DNA of 64,000 nucleotides from Candidatus Latescibacterota bacterium (GCA_965222075.1 OZ244937.1:4896001-4960000), one strand, 5' to 3'; positions 30,336 to 39,958 are shown, numbered from the stretch's first letter. Notes: generated by a model not told the origin, from the sequence alone. Made by a program: numbers and translations.

Positions 30336-31319
30336 ATGAAAATTCGATTGACACTCCTGCTCGCCGCGATGGGGGTGCTCCTGTTTACGCCTCCGGGCGG
30401 CGCAGTGGTGGAGGACCCGATCAAGCGGCGGACCGACACGCAGAAGTTTGTTGGACTGGGCGGATATCAGTTTCTCAAGATCGGCCAGGCCGCACGGGCG
30501 GTGGGCATGGGGGATGCGTATACGGCCGTGGCCGAGGACGTCAACGCGATCTTCTGGAACCCGGCGGGGCTGACGGATATCCGCGGGACGGCCTGGATGG
30601 CCACCTATACGAAGTGGCTGGTGAGTTCCTACGCCTTTTCCGGCGCCTTCGCCTTCAATACGGGCTCGGACAAGGGGGGGGTGATCGGGGCCAGTGTGGT
30701 CGCGTTCCGGCCTTCGGATATCCCGGAGCGGACGATCTTCCAGCCTCAGGGCACGGGCAACACCGTGTCCGCCGGGGACCTGGCCATCGGCGTGGTCTAC
30801 GCGCTGAAGCTGACGAACAAGTTCTCGTTCGGCACCCGGGTGCAGCTGGTCAATCAGACGCTGCATACCGAGAGCCTCCGTTCGATCATCATCGACGTGG
30901 GGACGCGGTTCTACACGGGCTACAGGAGTCTGCGGGTGGCCATGGCGTTGAAGAACTTCGGCCCGGACAAGACGGTGAACGATCGGAAGTTCTTTACGCC
31001 GCTGTATTACAACGTGGCCATAGCGGCCGAGCTTTTCGCGGAGAAGGGCGATCCCACCTATCTGACGGTGACGGGAGAGACGGCGTTTGCTGCGGACTAC
31101 ACGCTGCGCGCGCACGTGGGCGCGGAGCTGTGGATGCAGAACATCATCGCGCTGCGGACGGGCTACAAGTTCAACTACGACTCGGACTCCTTCAGCGTGG
31201 GCGCGGGGTTGAACTACAAGATCACCGGGGACCGTTCGGTGACGGTGGACCTCTCGTATTCCGACATGGGCAATTATCTTATTGCGCCCATCCGGGTGAC
31301 GGTGGGGGGGACGTTTTAG
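30336..31319 (+). CDS. PorV/PorQ-family outer-membrane barrel (module 1)
   Basis: FLKIGQAARAVGMGDAYTAVAEDVNAIFWNPAGL signature; signal peptide; C-terminal Phe. Confidence 0.85.
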   Translation: MKIRLTLLLAAMGVLLFTPPGGAVVEDPIKRRTDTQKFVGLGGYQFLKIGQAARAVGMGDAYTAVAEDVNAIFWNPAGLTDIRGTAWMATYTKWLVSSYAFSGAFAFNTGSDKGGVIGASVVAFRPSDIPERTIFQPQGTGNTVSAGDLAIGVVYALKLTNKFSFGTRVQLVNQTLHTESLRSIIIDVGTRFYTGYRSLRVAMALKNFGPDKTVNDRKFFTPLYYNVAIAAELFAEKGDPTYLTVTGETAFAADYTLRAHVGAELWMQNIIALRTGYKFNYDSDSFSVGAGLNYKITGDRSVTVDLSYSDMGNYLIAPIRVTVGGTF

Positions 31320-31372
31320 CGTGACCATTCAGCAGTCGGCCGTTGGGTGACGCCGACCGCCGATCGCATTTC

Positions 31373-31415
31373 AATGGCCGGGACTTCCTCCCAGGGGGGC
31401 TCGGCCATTCTCTTT
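31373..31415 (+). terminator. Probable intrinsic terminator after the PorV-family gene
   Basis: AATGGCCG…CGGCCATT stem followed by CTCTTT. Confidence 0.5.
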
Positions 31416-31546
31416 GTGGCCTTTTCTGCTGGCCGCTTTCGCTGGATTGCCAAATTCGGGCCGAGCAGAAAATTCCGGACTTTGGTGAAATTCGATAAAT
31501 GATTATATTCTCTTTAAGAGGCAGGATTCGACGCTGGAGATCGATT

Positions 31547-33967
31547 ATGGGAAAGAGGTGTTTGGGGGCCTATCGGGGGGTGCTGCTGGTGGTGCTGGTG
31601 CTGTTCTGTCCGGGCTGGCAGGGTGCGGAGGCATCGGAGGGGTCCGGCGCGGATTCCGTTTCGGTTCAGGAGCTGGAGCGGCGCCTGCAGTCGGACCCGG
31701 AGAGTGCGACCCTGTGGCTGCGGCTGGGCTACGCCCGTTTGCGCGGAGGGGATGCCAAGGGGGCGGAGGTGGCGTTTAAGAAGGCGGAGAAGGAGCAGCC
31801 TGCGAAGGCCTACAACGGGTTGGGGCTGGCCTATGCGGCCAGGCCCCGCGGGTTCCGGTCGGCCATTTATTTTTTTCAGATGGCCCTGAGCAAGGACCCG
31901 AAATTCGTGGAGGCGCACTATAACAAGGCCCTGACCTATTTCTCGGAGAACTGGCTGTCCCACGCCATCCGGGCAGCCAGGGAGGCCGTGGCGGTCGATT
32001 CCACGTTTGCGCCGGCGCAGGCGCTCATTATCAGGTGCCGTGCGATCAATTCGGAGGGTGAGGCCAGGTCGAAGGAGGCCTATGAGGAGCTTCTGGAGTC
32101 GAATCCCGAAGACCTGGAGGGCTGGCTGGAGTGGGCCAGGATCGTCTTGGCCGATGGGGATTATGAGCAGATCCGCAGGCGCCTGCCCCCTGTGATGAAC
32201 GCCCATCCGGCCTGGACGGACCTGCTGCCCATCCTGGGTCAGGCCTACTGGAAGGCGAACCTGCCGGGGCCGGCGTGGGCCGCCTTCTCGGTGTATCTGG
32301 ATTCCCTTGAGGCGGAGGAACGGCGGTGGTATGAGGACATCAGCCTGGTTTCGTGGGGAGACGAGGCCCGGGAATACCAGTGGGCGTATCCGGAGGAGAA
32401 GCCGGAGATTGCGAAGCGCTTCTGGGCCAAGCGGGATCAGGACTATACGACGCTGGTCAACGAGCGCCTTTTGGAGCACCATCGGCGGGTGTGGTATGCC
32501 CGGACCTATTTCGGGAAACAGAAATCCCCCTGGGACGCCCGAGGAGAGGTCTACATCCGCTACGGGGAACCTGACCACCGCAGCCGGTCCAGGGGCGTAA
32601 GCCCGCCTCCTGGGGCGGCCGTGAACGCTGTGAAAGAGCGGTTTTTCAACATGCTCTACAGCGACGAATACATCCTCCTGGCGGTGGGCGGGGGGTCGGA
32701 GTATGTCACGTTTGAAGAATATTTGGACGGGGAGGGCGAGAACTTAGGGACGATGAAGGGTGTGCAGTGGTTTGACAGCGTCACCGGCGGGTTGACGGGG
32801 TCGCTGGCAGGGCCGGTCTTTCCGATCCTTTCCTACACCCCGGAGTCCAGGGGGGGGGTGTATCTGCCGGTCGGTTCGACCGATTTCAGCATCGTGCCCT
32901 GGGAGTCGTGGGTCTACACCGATATCAACGGGGGGATTGTGATCGACTTTACCGACCAGGTGGGCAAGGGGGCGTTCGACTATGCGCCGATCCCCGAGAT
33001 GGGCAAGACGCCGGGGTTGAAACACGGAAGCACCTCGGGAAAAGACGCCATCCGGGCGTTCCGCGGCCTGGCGCGCCTGGCGCCGCTTGCGGTGATACGC
33101 ACCGCGGCCGCAGCGGTGCCGGAGCGCTACGCGATTCCAGAGGAAGACCGCCCCCTGGACTTCTACTTCGACCAGGCGCAGTTCCGGGGCGAGGCGGATT
33201 CCTCCCGCGTGGAGATCTACTACGGGGTGCCGATGTCGGAGGCGACCTACTTTTCAACCGAAGGGAAGACGGCGTTCGAGGCGGCCTGTGGGGTTGCTCT
33301 GGTCAACAGGGAAGGCAGAGGGATCTACCGGTTCGAGACCCGGCTGGTCTACTTGGAAGCGGGAGACCGCACCGGGGATCGGCGGGTTATCCCCCACCTG
33401 GCCGGGTTAAATATTACCCCGGGCGAATACACCCTGGATGTCCGGATGAAAAACCGGTTGAACGGGGAGATCGGCGTGTACCGGAAGCACCTGAGTGTTG
33501 AGGCCTATCCGCCCGGGCCGCTCAAGCTGAGCGACATCCAGCTGGCCTGGAAGGTCTCTGAAGAGGGTCAACCGGACAGGTTTTCCAAAAATGGCCTGCG
33601 GGTTGTTCCGATGCCGACGAGGCTTTACCGAAAGGGGCAGCCCGTGTACATTTACTATGAGATTTACAACCTGAAACGGGATGCGTTCGGGATGACCAAC
33701 TACACGGTAGAGTACACCGTCCGGTCGGGGGAACCGCCTGGGGCGATTTCGCGGATCTTGCGCGTGTTTAAGGGGACGAATGAACAGGTCTCGGTGGCTC
33801 AGGAACAGCTGGGCACACAGGAGACTCAGCCCAGCTACCTGGAGCTGGACTTGAGCGAGGTTGTGCCGGGGGAGGTCGCGCTGAGTGTGAGGGTGGAGGA
33901 CCTCAACTCGGGCGAGACCGGCTTGAAAGAGGCGAAGTTTGAGGTCAGGGAAGAGCGTGGAGAGTGA
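31547..33967 (+). CDS. TPR + GWxTD-domain protein A (module 1)
   Basis: Signal peptide; TPRs; RFWAKRD…NERLLEHHRRVWYARTYF…PWDARGEVYIRYGEPD; C-terminal Ig-like domains (LSDIQL…YYEIYNL). Confidence 0.8.
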   Translation: MGKRCLGAYRGVLLVVLVLFCPGWQGAEASEGSGADSVSVQELERRLQSDPESATLWLRLGYARLRGGDAKGAEVAFKKAEKEQPAKAYNGLGLAYAARPRGFRSAIYFFQMALSKDPKFVEAHYNKALTYFSENWLSHAIRAAREAVAVDSTFAPAQALIIRCRAINSEGEARSKEAYEELLESNPEDLEGWLEWARIVLADGDYEQIRRRLPPVMNAHPAWTDLLPILGQAYWKANLPGPAWAAFSVYLDSLEAEERRWYEDISLVSWGDEAREYQWAYPEEKPEIAKRFWAKRDQDYTTLVNERLLEHHRRVWYARTYFGKQKSPWDARGEVYIRYGEPDHRSRSRGVSPPPGAAVNAVKERFFNMLYSDEYILLAVGGGSEYVTFEEYLDGEGENLGTMKGVQWFDSVTGGLTGSLAGPVFPILSYTPESRGGVYLPVGSTDFSIVPWESWVYTDINGGIVIDFTDQVGKGAFDYAPIPEMGKTPGLKHGSTSGKDAIRAFRGLARLAPLAVIRTAAAAVPERYAIPEEDRPLDFYFDQAQFRGEADSSRVEIYYGVPMSEATYFSTEGKTAFEAACGVALVNREGRGIYRFETRLVYLEAGDRTGDRRVIPHLAGLNITPGEYTLDVRMKNRLNGEIGVYRKHLSVEAYPPGPLKLSDIQLAWKVSEEGQPDRFSKNGLRVVPMPTRLYRKGQPVYIYYEIYNLKRDAFGMTNYTVEYTVRSGEPPGAISRILRVFKGTNEQVSVAQEQLGTQETQPSYLELDLSEVVPGEVALSVRVEDLNSGETGLKEAKFEVREERGE

Positions 33968-33993
33968 AGAGCGAAGAGCGAAGAGCGTGAGAG
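33950..33993. repeat. Heptamer tandem repeat (GAAGAGC)n at a gene junction
   Basis: Three exact GAAGAGC units at 33966-33986 plus degenerate flanking units. Confidence 0.6.
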
Positions 33994-33997
33994 GCTT

Positions 33998-36900
33998 GTG
34001 GGTCGGTATACTGATAGACGATTGGGCGACCTGGTGATTGCCGGGCTGGCGGCTGTCTGTGCGTGTACGCCTGTGCCTGCCTGCGCCGAGATCCCTGCCT
34101 CGCCTGCTTCGGCAGGCAGGCAGGCACAGGTGGAGCCCGTGAGGTCGGCGGATGGTCGGCGGATGGCTTACACGGTGGCCAGGGGGTGGCCCAGGCCGCT
34201 GATGACGGAGGTCTGGACGGCCAGTGGAGATGGGAGCGATCCCAGGCGGGTGAAGGTTTACTTAGGGGCGCCGGGGGATCTGGGCTTTTTGCCGGGCGAT
34301 GAAGGGCTGGTCTACCTTCAGCGGGGCCTTTCCTATGCGCTATTCGGGTCGTACCTTTACGGTGGGCGAGAGGCGTCGCTGGTCCGGAACCGGGTGTGGA
34401 GGATGCCTGCCGGGGGTGCCGGGGAGGCCGTCTGGCCCCTGCCCGACGATCTTCAAGCTGTGAGGATCGCGGTTTCTCCCGATGGGCAACGGCTGGCGGT
34501 GTGCGGGTATCGGGGGGAGCTTCCGGAGCGGGGGGACCGGAGTCTGTGGGTGGTGGACCGCACCGGAAGGGCCGTTCTGGTGGAGAACGACGGGGTAGAC
34601 GGCCCTCTGGGGTGGTCTGAGGATTCGGAGGAGGTGTTCTGCGCCTTGGAAGAAGGGGGGGGACCTGTTCGGGTGCGGGTGGGAACTGGTGAGACGAGGC
34701 AGCGGGATGGAGCGGGGGTGGTGGCCTCTGCGGGGGGGAAAGAGGGGCAGGTGCTGAGCCTGATCGGGAAGGCGATGGATCAGTATATGAAGGGCTACCA
34801 CGCGATGCACCGGGGTGGGCGGCATGCCCGGACGATCAGGAGCGCTTACAGGGGGGCGATTCAGGCGTTTGAGCAGATCTACAAGTCACGGATGGGGATC
34901 TCGGAGGCGGACTGTCAGAATTACATCCAGGCGATTCGCAAGCAGGCCGATCGGGGGATGGAGGCGCGAAGGCAGGCGGTATGTCTGGAACACCAGCTTA
35001 TTCTGGGCGATCTGATTTTGCAGTATGCACAGACGCACGGCCAGATTCCCACCACCCTTGAGGACCTGCATTCCTGGACCGAACGCAGGGTGGAGGGGGA
35101 GGCGTCCGAGGAGGCCATACGGAAGAGAGACCTGAGGGCGCTGGCCCATCTGTTTCGCTGTTCCACCGATCCGGATGAGGGCCGCTCGATCAGCTACGTA
35201 TATCGTCCGGAGGCAGGGTCGGGGGATCCGCTGCTGACCTGTTTCTGGCACCGGGGCCGGCTGCTGCACCTCGCGCGGACCCCGGGGAGCTTTCGGGGGC
35301 GTGCATTGGAATTCCATTCCGGCCGGATCGATTCCTTAGATGCGGCGGCGGCCCGCTATTTGGCGGCAGGCGCAGCGGACAGCGCCGTTGCCCTCTTAGA
35401 GGTGGTGTCCCATCAGCGCCACAAGGCCCCGGTTGCGCACTACAAATATGGCTATGCCGCCTTCAAGGCGAGGGACTACGGGCGCGCGGAAAAGGCGTTT
35501 AAGAAGGTCTCCTCTATGAGCAAAGGGGTGGTGCTGTCCAGGGCGTATTACGGCATGGGGCTGATCCACACGGAGCGTCCCAGGGGGCTTTATACGGCGG
35601 TGCACTACTTCCGGGATGCCCTGATCCTGGATCGGGACTATGTGGACGCCCGATTCCAGATGGCCAGGATACGCGTACAGCTGTGGGAATACGACGCGAA
35701 GTCGGATATTGAGAAGGTCCTGGAGATGAACCCGGACTATGCGGACGCTTACCTGCTGATGGGGGACTATTATGCGGACCTGATGGAGGACTACGAGCAG
35801 GCGATCCTCTGGTATACAAAGTACCTGGCGCTGCGGCCTGAGGATGAGAACGGTCGGGTCCGGCTGAGCATGGCCTATTTGCAGGTGAAGGACTACGACA
35901 AGATCATGGATATCCTGCTCAAGTTTCTTTTGGAACATCCCGATGCCATCGAGCTGATGCCCATCGTCGCGCAGGCGTGCGTCAAACGGGAGAAGCACGA
36001 CATGGCCATGAGCTTCTTCCGGTCGTACATCTCGAATCTCGACCCGGAGGAACGGGCGCTTTACGAGGATATCAGCCGGTTCGCCTCACCGGAGGAGCTG
36101 GACGAGGCCGCGCGGACAGCGGAGCGGGAGGCGTTTTTGAAGCGCTTCTGGAACGGGCGGGATCCGGACCTGTCCACGCCGGTCAACGAGCGGCTCCTGG
36201 AACACTACCGGCGGGTGTGGTACGCCCGGCAGAGCTTCTCGGGGGGACAGCAGCCGTGGGACATGCGCGGAGAGGTCTACGTGCGGCTCGGGGAGCCGGA
36301 CCACCGGACGAGTTCGCAGATGATGAACGCGTCGCAGAGCCTGGACGTGCAGCGGGTCAAGGACCGGATGGCCCGCGCCATATACGGGAAGGATGGGACG
36401 GAGCATACGTTTATCGGACCCGTGTTCCCCGTGCGAAGTATGGCGCTGGAATCACGCGTGTGGGAAGGGGCGCGCCAGATCAGAACCACCGAAGGGGGGG
36501 GAGTCCGGTACGGGACCGTTCTGGCGGAGCAGGCCTTCGAACAGGAGGAGGGGGAGGAACAGGAGCTGGATACGGAAGAACGCGAGGAGAGAATCGCCCT
36601 CAGCGCGACGGGCAGGGAACGGGCAGGGGCGTCGGAAAATTTCGATCTGATGAGAGATCTGTTAGAGGACGCCCGGGAGCACAGCTTACGGTTCGGAAAG
36701 TACAGCCCCGTTACTACCACCGGCGTAGACATCGCCACGGTTTCCTGGGAGTCCTGGGTCTACACCCGGGTCGGGGGAGGTGTGGAGATCACGTTTACGG
36801 ACGAGGGCGGCACCGGCGTTTTCGGCCACGCCCCGATGCCGATGGTGGGGGATATTTCGCCGGCCCAGTTTGCGCGGTTTGCCCGGTATGCGCCGGAACG

Positions 36901-37774
36901 GGTTTTTGAACAGGCGGTTGCGGCCTTCCCCGATTTCTACACGCCCGAATACGACGTGGCGCCCTTCGATTTCTACTTCGATGTGGCCGATTTTCGGGGG
37001 AATAACGGCTACAGCGCCTTAGAGATTTACTACGGCCTGCCCGGCACGGCGGCACGCTACGTTCCCGAAGAGGATGTGACGCGGCTGGTGGTGAAGCGTC
37101 AGGCCGGACTGGTTGGAGCAGCGCTGGATACGGTCTACCGGGTCTCGGGCGACCTATTCTTCCAGATGTCGGGGCGGGGAGGCGTCGGGGCGGTTGTGCC
37201 CGATGTGGTGCGGCTGGAGCTGCCCCCCGGCGCCTACCGTCTGGAGGTGCGGGTGCGGGACCGGATGACCGGGCGCATCGGCCTTTACCGGAAGGATGTG
37301 AGGGTGGAGGGCTATACGCAGGAGGGGCTGCAGCTGAGCAGCCTGGAACTGGCCTGGCGGATTGCGGAGGACCAACCGTTGGACAAGTTTTCCAAGAGCG
37401 GGCTGAACGTGATCCCGATGCCCACACGGATGTATCCCAAGGGGCGAAGTGTTTTCGTCTACTACGAGATCTACAACCTGGTGCGGGACGAATTTGGCCA
37501 GACGAAATACCGGGTGGAGTATACGATCCGACCGGCGGGGGGAAATATTGTTTCGCGGCTGGTGCGGACGTTTGTGGGGAAGAAGGAGGAGGTGGTGGTG
37601 GGCTACGAACAGGTCGGTTATGGGGAGACGGAGGTGGTGCATACGGAGCTGGACCTGGGCGAGACCACACCGGGACGGCACTATTTGAAGGTTACGGTGA
37701 CGGATTTGAACAGCGAGGATGAGGAGCGGGTGGTGAAGGATGTGCCCTTTATGGTGGGGCGAGGTGGAGGGTGA
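33998..37774 (+). CDS. TolB-like N-terminus + TPR + GWxTD-domain protein B (module 1)
   Basis: SADGRRMAY and SPDGQRLAV PD40-like repeats; TPRs; RFWNGRDPDLSTPVNERLLEHYRRVWYAR…PWDMRGEVYVRLGEPD; start codon uncertain. Confidence 0.8.
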   Translation: MGRYTDRRLGDLVIAGLAAVCACTPVPACAEIPASPASAGRQAQVEPVRSADGRRMAYTVARGWPRPLMTEVWTASGDGSDPRRVKVYLGAPGDLGFLPGDEGLVYLQRGLSYALFGSYLYGGREASLVRNRVWRMPAGGAGEAVWPLPDDLQAVRIAVSPDGQRLAVCGYRGELPERGDRSLWVVDRTGRAVLVENDGVDGPLGWSEDSEEVFCALEEGGGPVRVRVGTGETRQRDGAGVVASAGGKEGQVLSLIGKAMDQYMKGYHAMHRGGRHARTIRSAYRGAIQAFEQIYKSRMGISEADCQNYIQAIRKQADRGMEARRQAVCLEHQLILGDLILQYAQTHGQIPTTLEDLHSWTERRVEGEASEEAIRKRDLRALAHLFRCSTDPDEGRSISYVYRPEAGSGDPLLTCFWHRGRLLHLARTPGSFRGRALEFHSGRIDSLDAAAARYLAAGAADSAVALLEVVSHQRHKAPVAHYKYGYAAFKARDYGRAEKAFKKVSSMSKGVVLSRAYYGMGLIHTERPRGLYTAVHYFRDALILDRDYVDARFQMARIRVQLWEYDAKSDIEKVLEMNPDYADAYLLMGDYYADLMEDYEQAILWYTKYLALRPEDENGRVRLSMAYLQVKDYDKIMDILLKFLLEHPDAIELMPIVAQACVKREKHDMAMSFFRSYISNLDPEERALYEDISRFASPEELDEAARTAEREAFLKRFWNGRDPDLSTPVNERLLEHYRRVWYARQSFSGGQQPWDMRGEVYVRLGEPDHRTSSQMMNASQSLDVQRVKDRMARAIYGKDGTEHTFIGPVFPVRSMALESRVWEGARQIRTTEGGGVRYGTVLAEQAFEQEEGEEQELDTEEREERIALSATGRERAGASENFDLMRDLLEDAREHSLRFGKYSPVTTTGVDIATVSWESWVYTRVGGGVEITFTDEGGTGVFGHAPMPMVGDISPAQFARFARYAPERVFEQAVAAFPDFYTPEYDVAPFDFYFDVADFRGNNGYSALEIYYGLPGTAARYVPEEDVTRLVVKRQAGLVGAALDTVYRVSGDLFFQMSGRGGVGAVVPDVVRLELPPGAYRLEVRVRDRMTGRIGLYRKDVRVEGYTQEGLQLSSLELAWRIAEDQPLDKFSKSGLNVIPMPTRMYPKGRSVFVYYEIYNLVRDEFGQTKYRVEYTIRPAGGNIVSRLVRTFVGKKEEVVVGYEQVGYGETEVVHTELDLGETTPGRHYLKVTVTDLNSEDEERVVKDVPFMVGRGGG
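34070..34130. repeat. In-frame palindromic element in the GWxTD-B N-terminus
   Basis: Perfect 15-bp inverted repeat CCTGTGCCTGCCTGC/GCAGGCAGGCACAGG; alternative inner hairpin GCCTGC-TTCG-GCAGGC. Confidence 0.7.
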
Positions 37775-37781
37775 GGATGGG

Positions 37782-39635
37782 ATGGGTTGTGTGATTCGTT
37801 ATTGCGGGGGGGCAGTTCTGCTCGGTGCCCTGTGGGTTTTCTGTACGGCGGCCGGCGCTCAGGATGTGCGGTTTGTGGACGTGACCGAGCAGTGCGGCAT
37901 CGACTTTGTGCACGTCAACGGGGCCAGCCAGGAGAAGTTCCCGGTCGAGACGATGTGCGCAGGCTGCGGGTTTTTGGATTACGATGGGGACGGGGACCTG
38001 GACATTTACCTGGTCAACGGGGCACCGCTGCCGGGCTTCAAGGCGGAGCAGACGCCGGTCAACCGGCTTTACCGGAACGACGGAGCGGCGTCGGGGTGGA
38101 CGTTTACGGACGTGACCGAGGCGTCGGGGGCGGGCGATTCGGGCTATGGCATGGGCTGCGTTGCCGGGGATTACGACAACGACGGGGACCAGGACCTGTA
38201 CGTGACGAACTGGGGCCCCAACGTGCTTTACCGGAACGAGGGAAACGGGACGTTTACCAATGTGACCGACCAGGCGGGGGTGGGGAATGCCCTGTGGGGC
38301 TCGGCGGCGGCGTTTTTCGACTACGACGGGGACGGAGACCTGGACCTCTACGTGGCCAACTATCTGGATTCCCGATTGGACAACAACAAATTTTGCAGCA
38401 GTCTCCGCAGTATGGGTAAACGGGCCTACTGCCACCCGGACGAGTACCCCGGGGTGCCGGACGTGCTCTACCGGAATGAGGGGGATGGAACGTTTACCGA
38501 CGTGACCCGGGAGGCCGGGGTCTACCAGCCGGGGGGGAAGGGCCTGGGGGTGGTCTGCACCGACTACGACGGGGACGGAGACTTAGACCTCTACGTGGCC
38601 AACGACTCGATGGAGAATTACCTCTTCGACAACTCAGGAGACGGGATGTTCGAGGAGGTCGCGTTGCTGGTGGGGGCGGCGTTCAACGAGGCGGGACAAG
38701 CCGAGGCGGGGATGGGGGTGGACTGCGCCGATGTAGACGGGGATGGATTCTTGGATCTTATGATCGGACACCTGGACAACGAGACGAATACGCTCTACCG
38801 GAACGAGGGGGAGGGGATGTTTACAGATGTCACACCCACCTCGGGCATCGGTCCTCCTACCCTGCTGAAGGTGACGTTCGGGATAGTTTTTCTGGATGTG
38901 GAAAACGACGGGGATGCGGACGCCTTTGCGGCCAACGGCCACGTGCTGGACAACATCTCACTCGTATCCGATCAGGTCCCGTACAAGCAGCCCAACCAGC
39001 TTTTCGAAAATGTGGGCGGGGGGCGCTTTGTGGAGGCCTCGGAACGCTATGGCCCCGGCCTGGGCATCGTCAAGGCAAGCCGGGGGCTGGCCGCGGGGGA
39101 TTACGACAACGATGGGGACGTGGATCTGCTGGTGGCCAATATCGCCGAAGGACCGGATTTGCTGCGGAACGAGGGGGGCAACGGGGAGAACTGGCTGATG
39201 GTGAAGCTGGTGGGAGGGGCCAGGGGGGGCATGCGGGATGCGGGTTTCGGAAATAAAGGCATTCCTTCCAGGCAGGAGAGGCGGTCCGGTGAGCCGGAGG
39301 CGGGCCTGCCTGTGCGTTGCACGCAGACAGGCGTTAGCCAATCGTCCGGGGTGGGTGGTGAAGGGTCAGGGGGTGGGGTCTCGAACCGGGACGGGGTCGG
39401 GGCCCGGGTGACGGTAGTGGCGGGAGACCTTCGGCAGGTGAAGGAGGTGCACTGCGGGGCCAGTTATCTTGCTGCCAACGACCTGAGGGTGCATTTTGGG
39501 CTGGGGAAGCGGGAAGGGGTGGACAGCCTGGAGGTCCGGTGGCCGTCGGGGATTGTGGATCGGGTCGAGGGGGTTGGGGTTAACCGGCTGGTGGTGATTA
39601 GAGAAGGGGAGGCCGGGAGGGGATGGGGGAGATAG
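37782..39635 (+). CDS. CRTAC1-family (FG-GAP repeats + ASPIC/UnbV) protein
   Basis: Repeated DYDGDGDLDLYV.N…LYRNEG.GTFTDVT; SNRDGVGARV; SY…DLRVHFGLG…VRWPSG. Confidence 0.9.
   Translation: MGCVIRYCGGAVLLGALWVFCTAAGAQDVRFVDVTEQCGIDFVHVNGASQEKFPVETMCAGCGFLDYDGDGDLDIYLVNGAPLPGFKAEQTPVNRLYRNDGAASGWTFTDVTEASGAGDSGYGMGCVAGDYDNDGDQDLYVTNWGPNVLYRNEGNGTFTNVTDQAGVGNALWGSAAAFFDYDGDGDLDLYVANYLDSRLDNNKFCSSLRSMGKRAYCHPDEYPGVPDVLYRNEGDGTFTDVTREAGVYQPGGKGLGVVCTDYDGDGDLDLYVANDSMENYLFDNSGDGMFEEVALLVGAAFNEAGQAEAGMGVDCADVDGDGFLDLMIGHLDNETNTLYRNEGEGMFTDVTPTSGIGPPTLLKVTFGIVFLDVENDGDADAFAANGHVLDNISLVSDQVPYKQPNQLFENVGGGRFVEASERYGPGLGIVKASRGLAAGDYDNDGDVDLLVANIAEGPDLLRNEGGNGENWLMVKLVGGARGGMRDAGFGNKGIPSRQERRSGEPEAGLPVRCTQTGVSQSSGVGGEGSGGGVSNRDGVGARVTVVAGDLRQVKEVHCGASYLAANDLRVHFGLGKREGVDSLEVRWPSGIVDRVEGVGVNRLVVIREGEAGRGWGR
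39305..39331. repeat. Palindromic element CCTGCCTGTGCGTTGCACGCAGACAGG inside the CRTAC1 coding insertion (LPVRCTQTG)
   Basis: Hairpin CCTGT-GCGT/ACGC-AG-ACAGG within an extra ~50-aa segment before SNRDG. Confidence 0.6.
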
Positions 39636-39669
39636 CGAAATCACGGTTCGGCGTGCGCAGCTTCAACCG

Positions 39670-39890
39670 TCAGCAGCAGGGGTAGCAGCAGGAGGTGGGG
39701 GACGGGTTCACGGATTGCGGGGTAGCCCTTATTTTTCAGGGCGACGCCGAGGTGGTAGTGGGCGTCGGCGTGGTTGGGGTCGATCTCAAGGGCCTGTTCG
39801 AATCGCCCCGTCTGTGGATCCCCTGTTGAGCAGCAGACGGCCGGTGTGCACGTGGGCCCGGGCGCTTTGGGGAGGGAGGGCGCGCAGGCT
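39670..39890 (-). pseudogene. Frameshifted TPR gene remnant
   Basis: Minus strand reads PQSARAHVHTGRLLLNRGSTDGAI, then in another frame FEQALEIDPNHADAHYHLGVALKNKG (two consecutive TPR units); no start codon. Confidence 0.6.
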
Positions 39891-39958
39891 GTCGGCCGGT
39901 GCGCGCCGGGGGCGTTCCGTCCGGTTCGGCTTTTTTGCGGGTTTGAGGGTAGGGCCTG

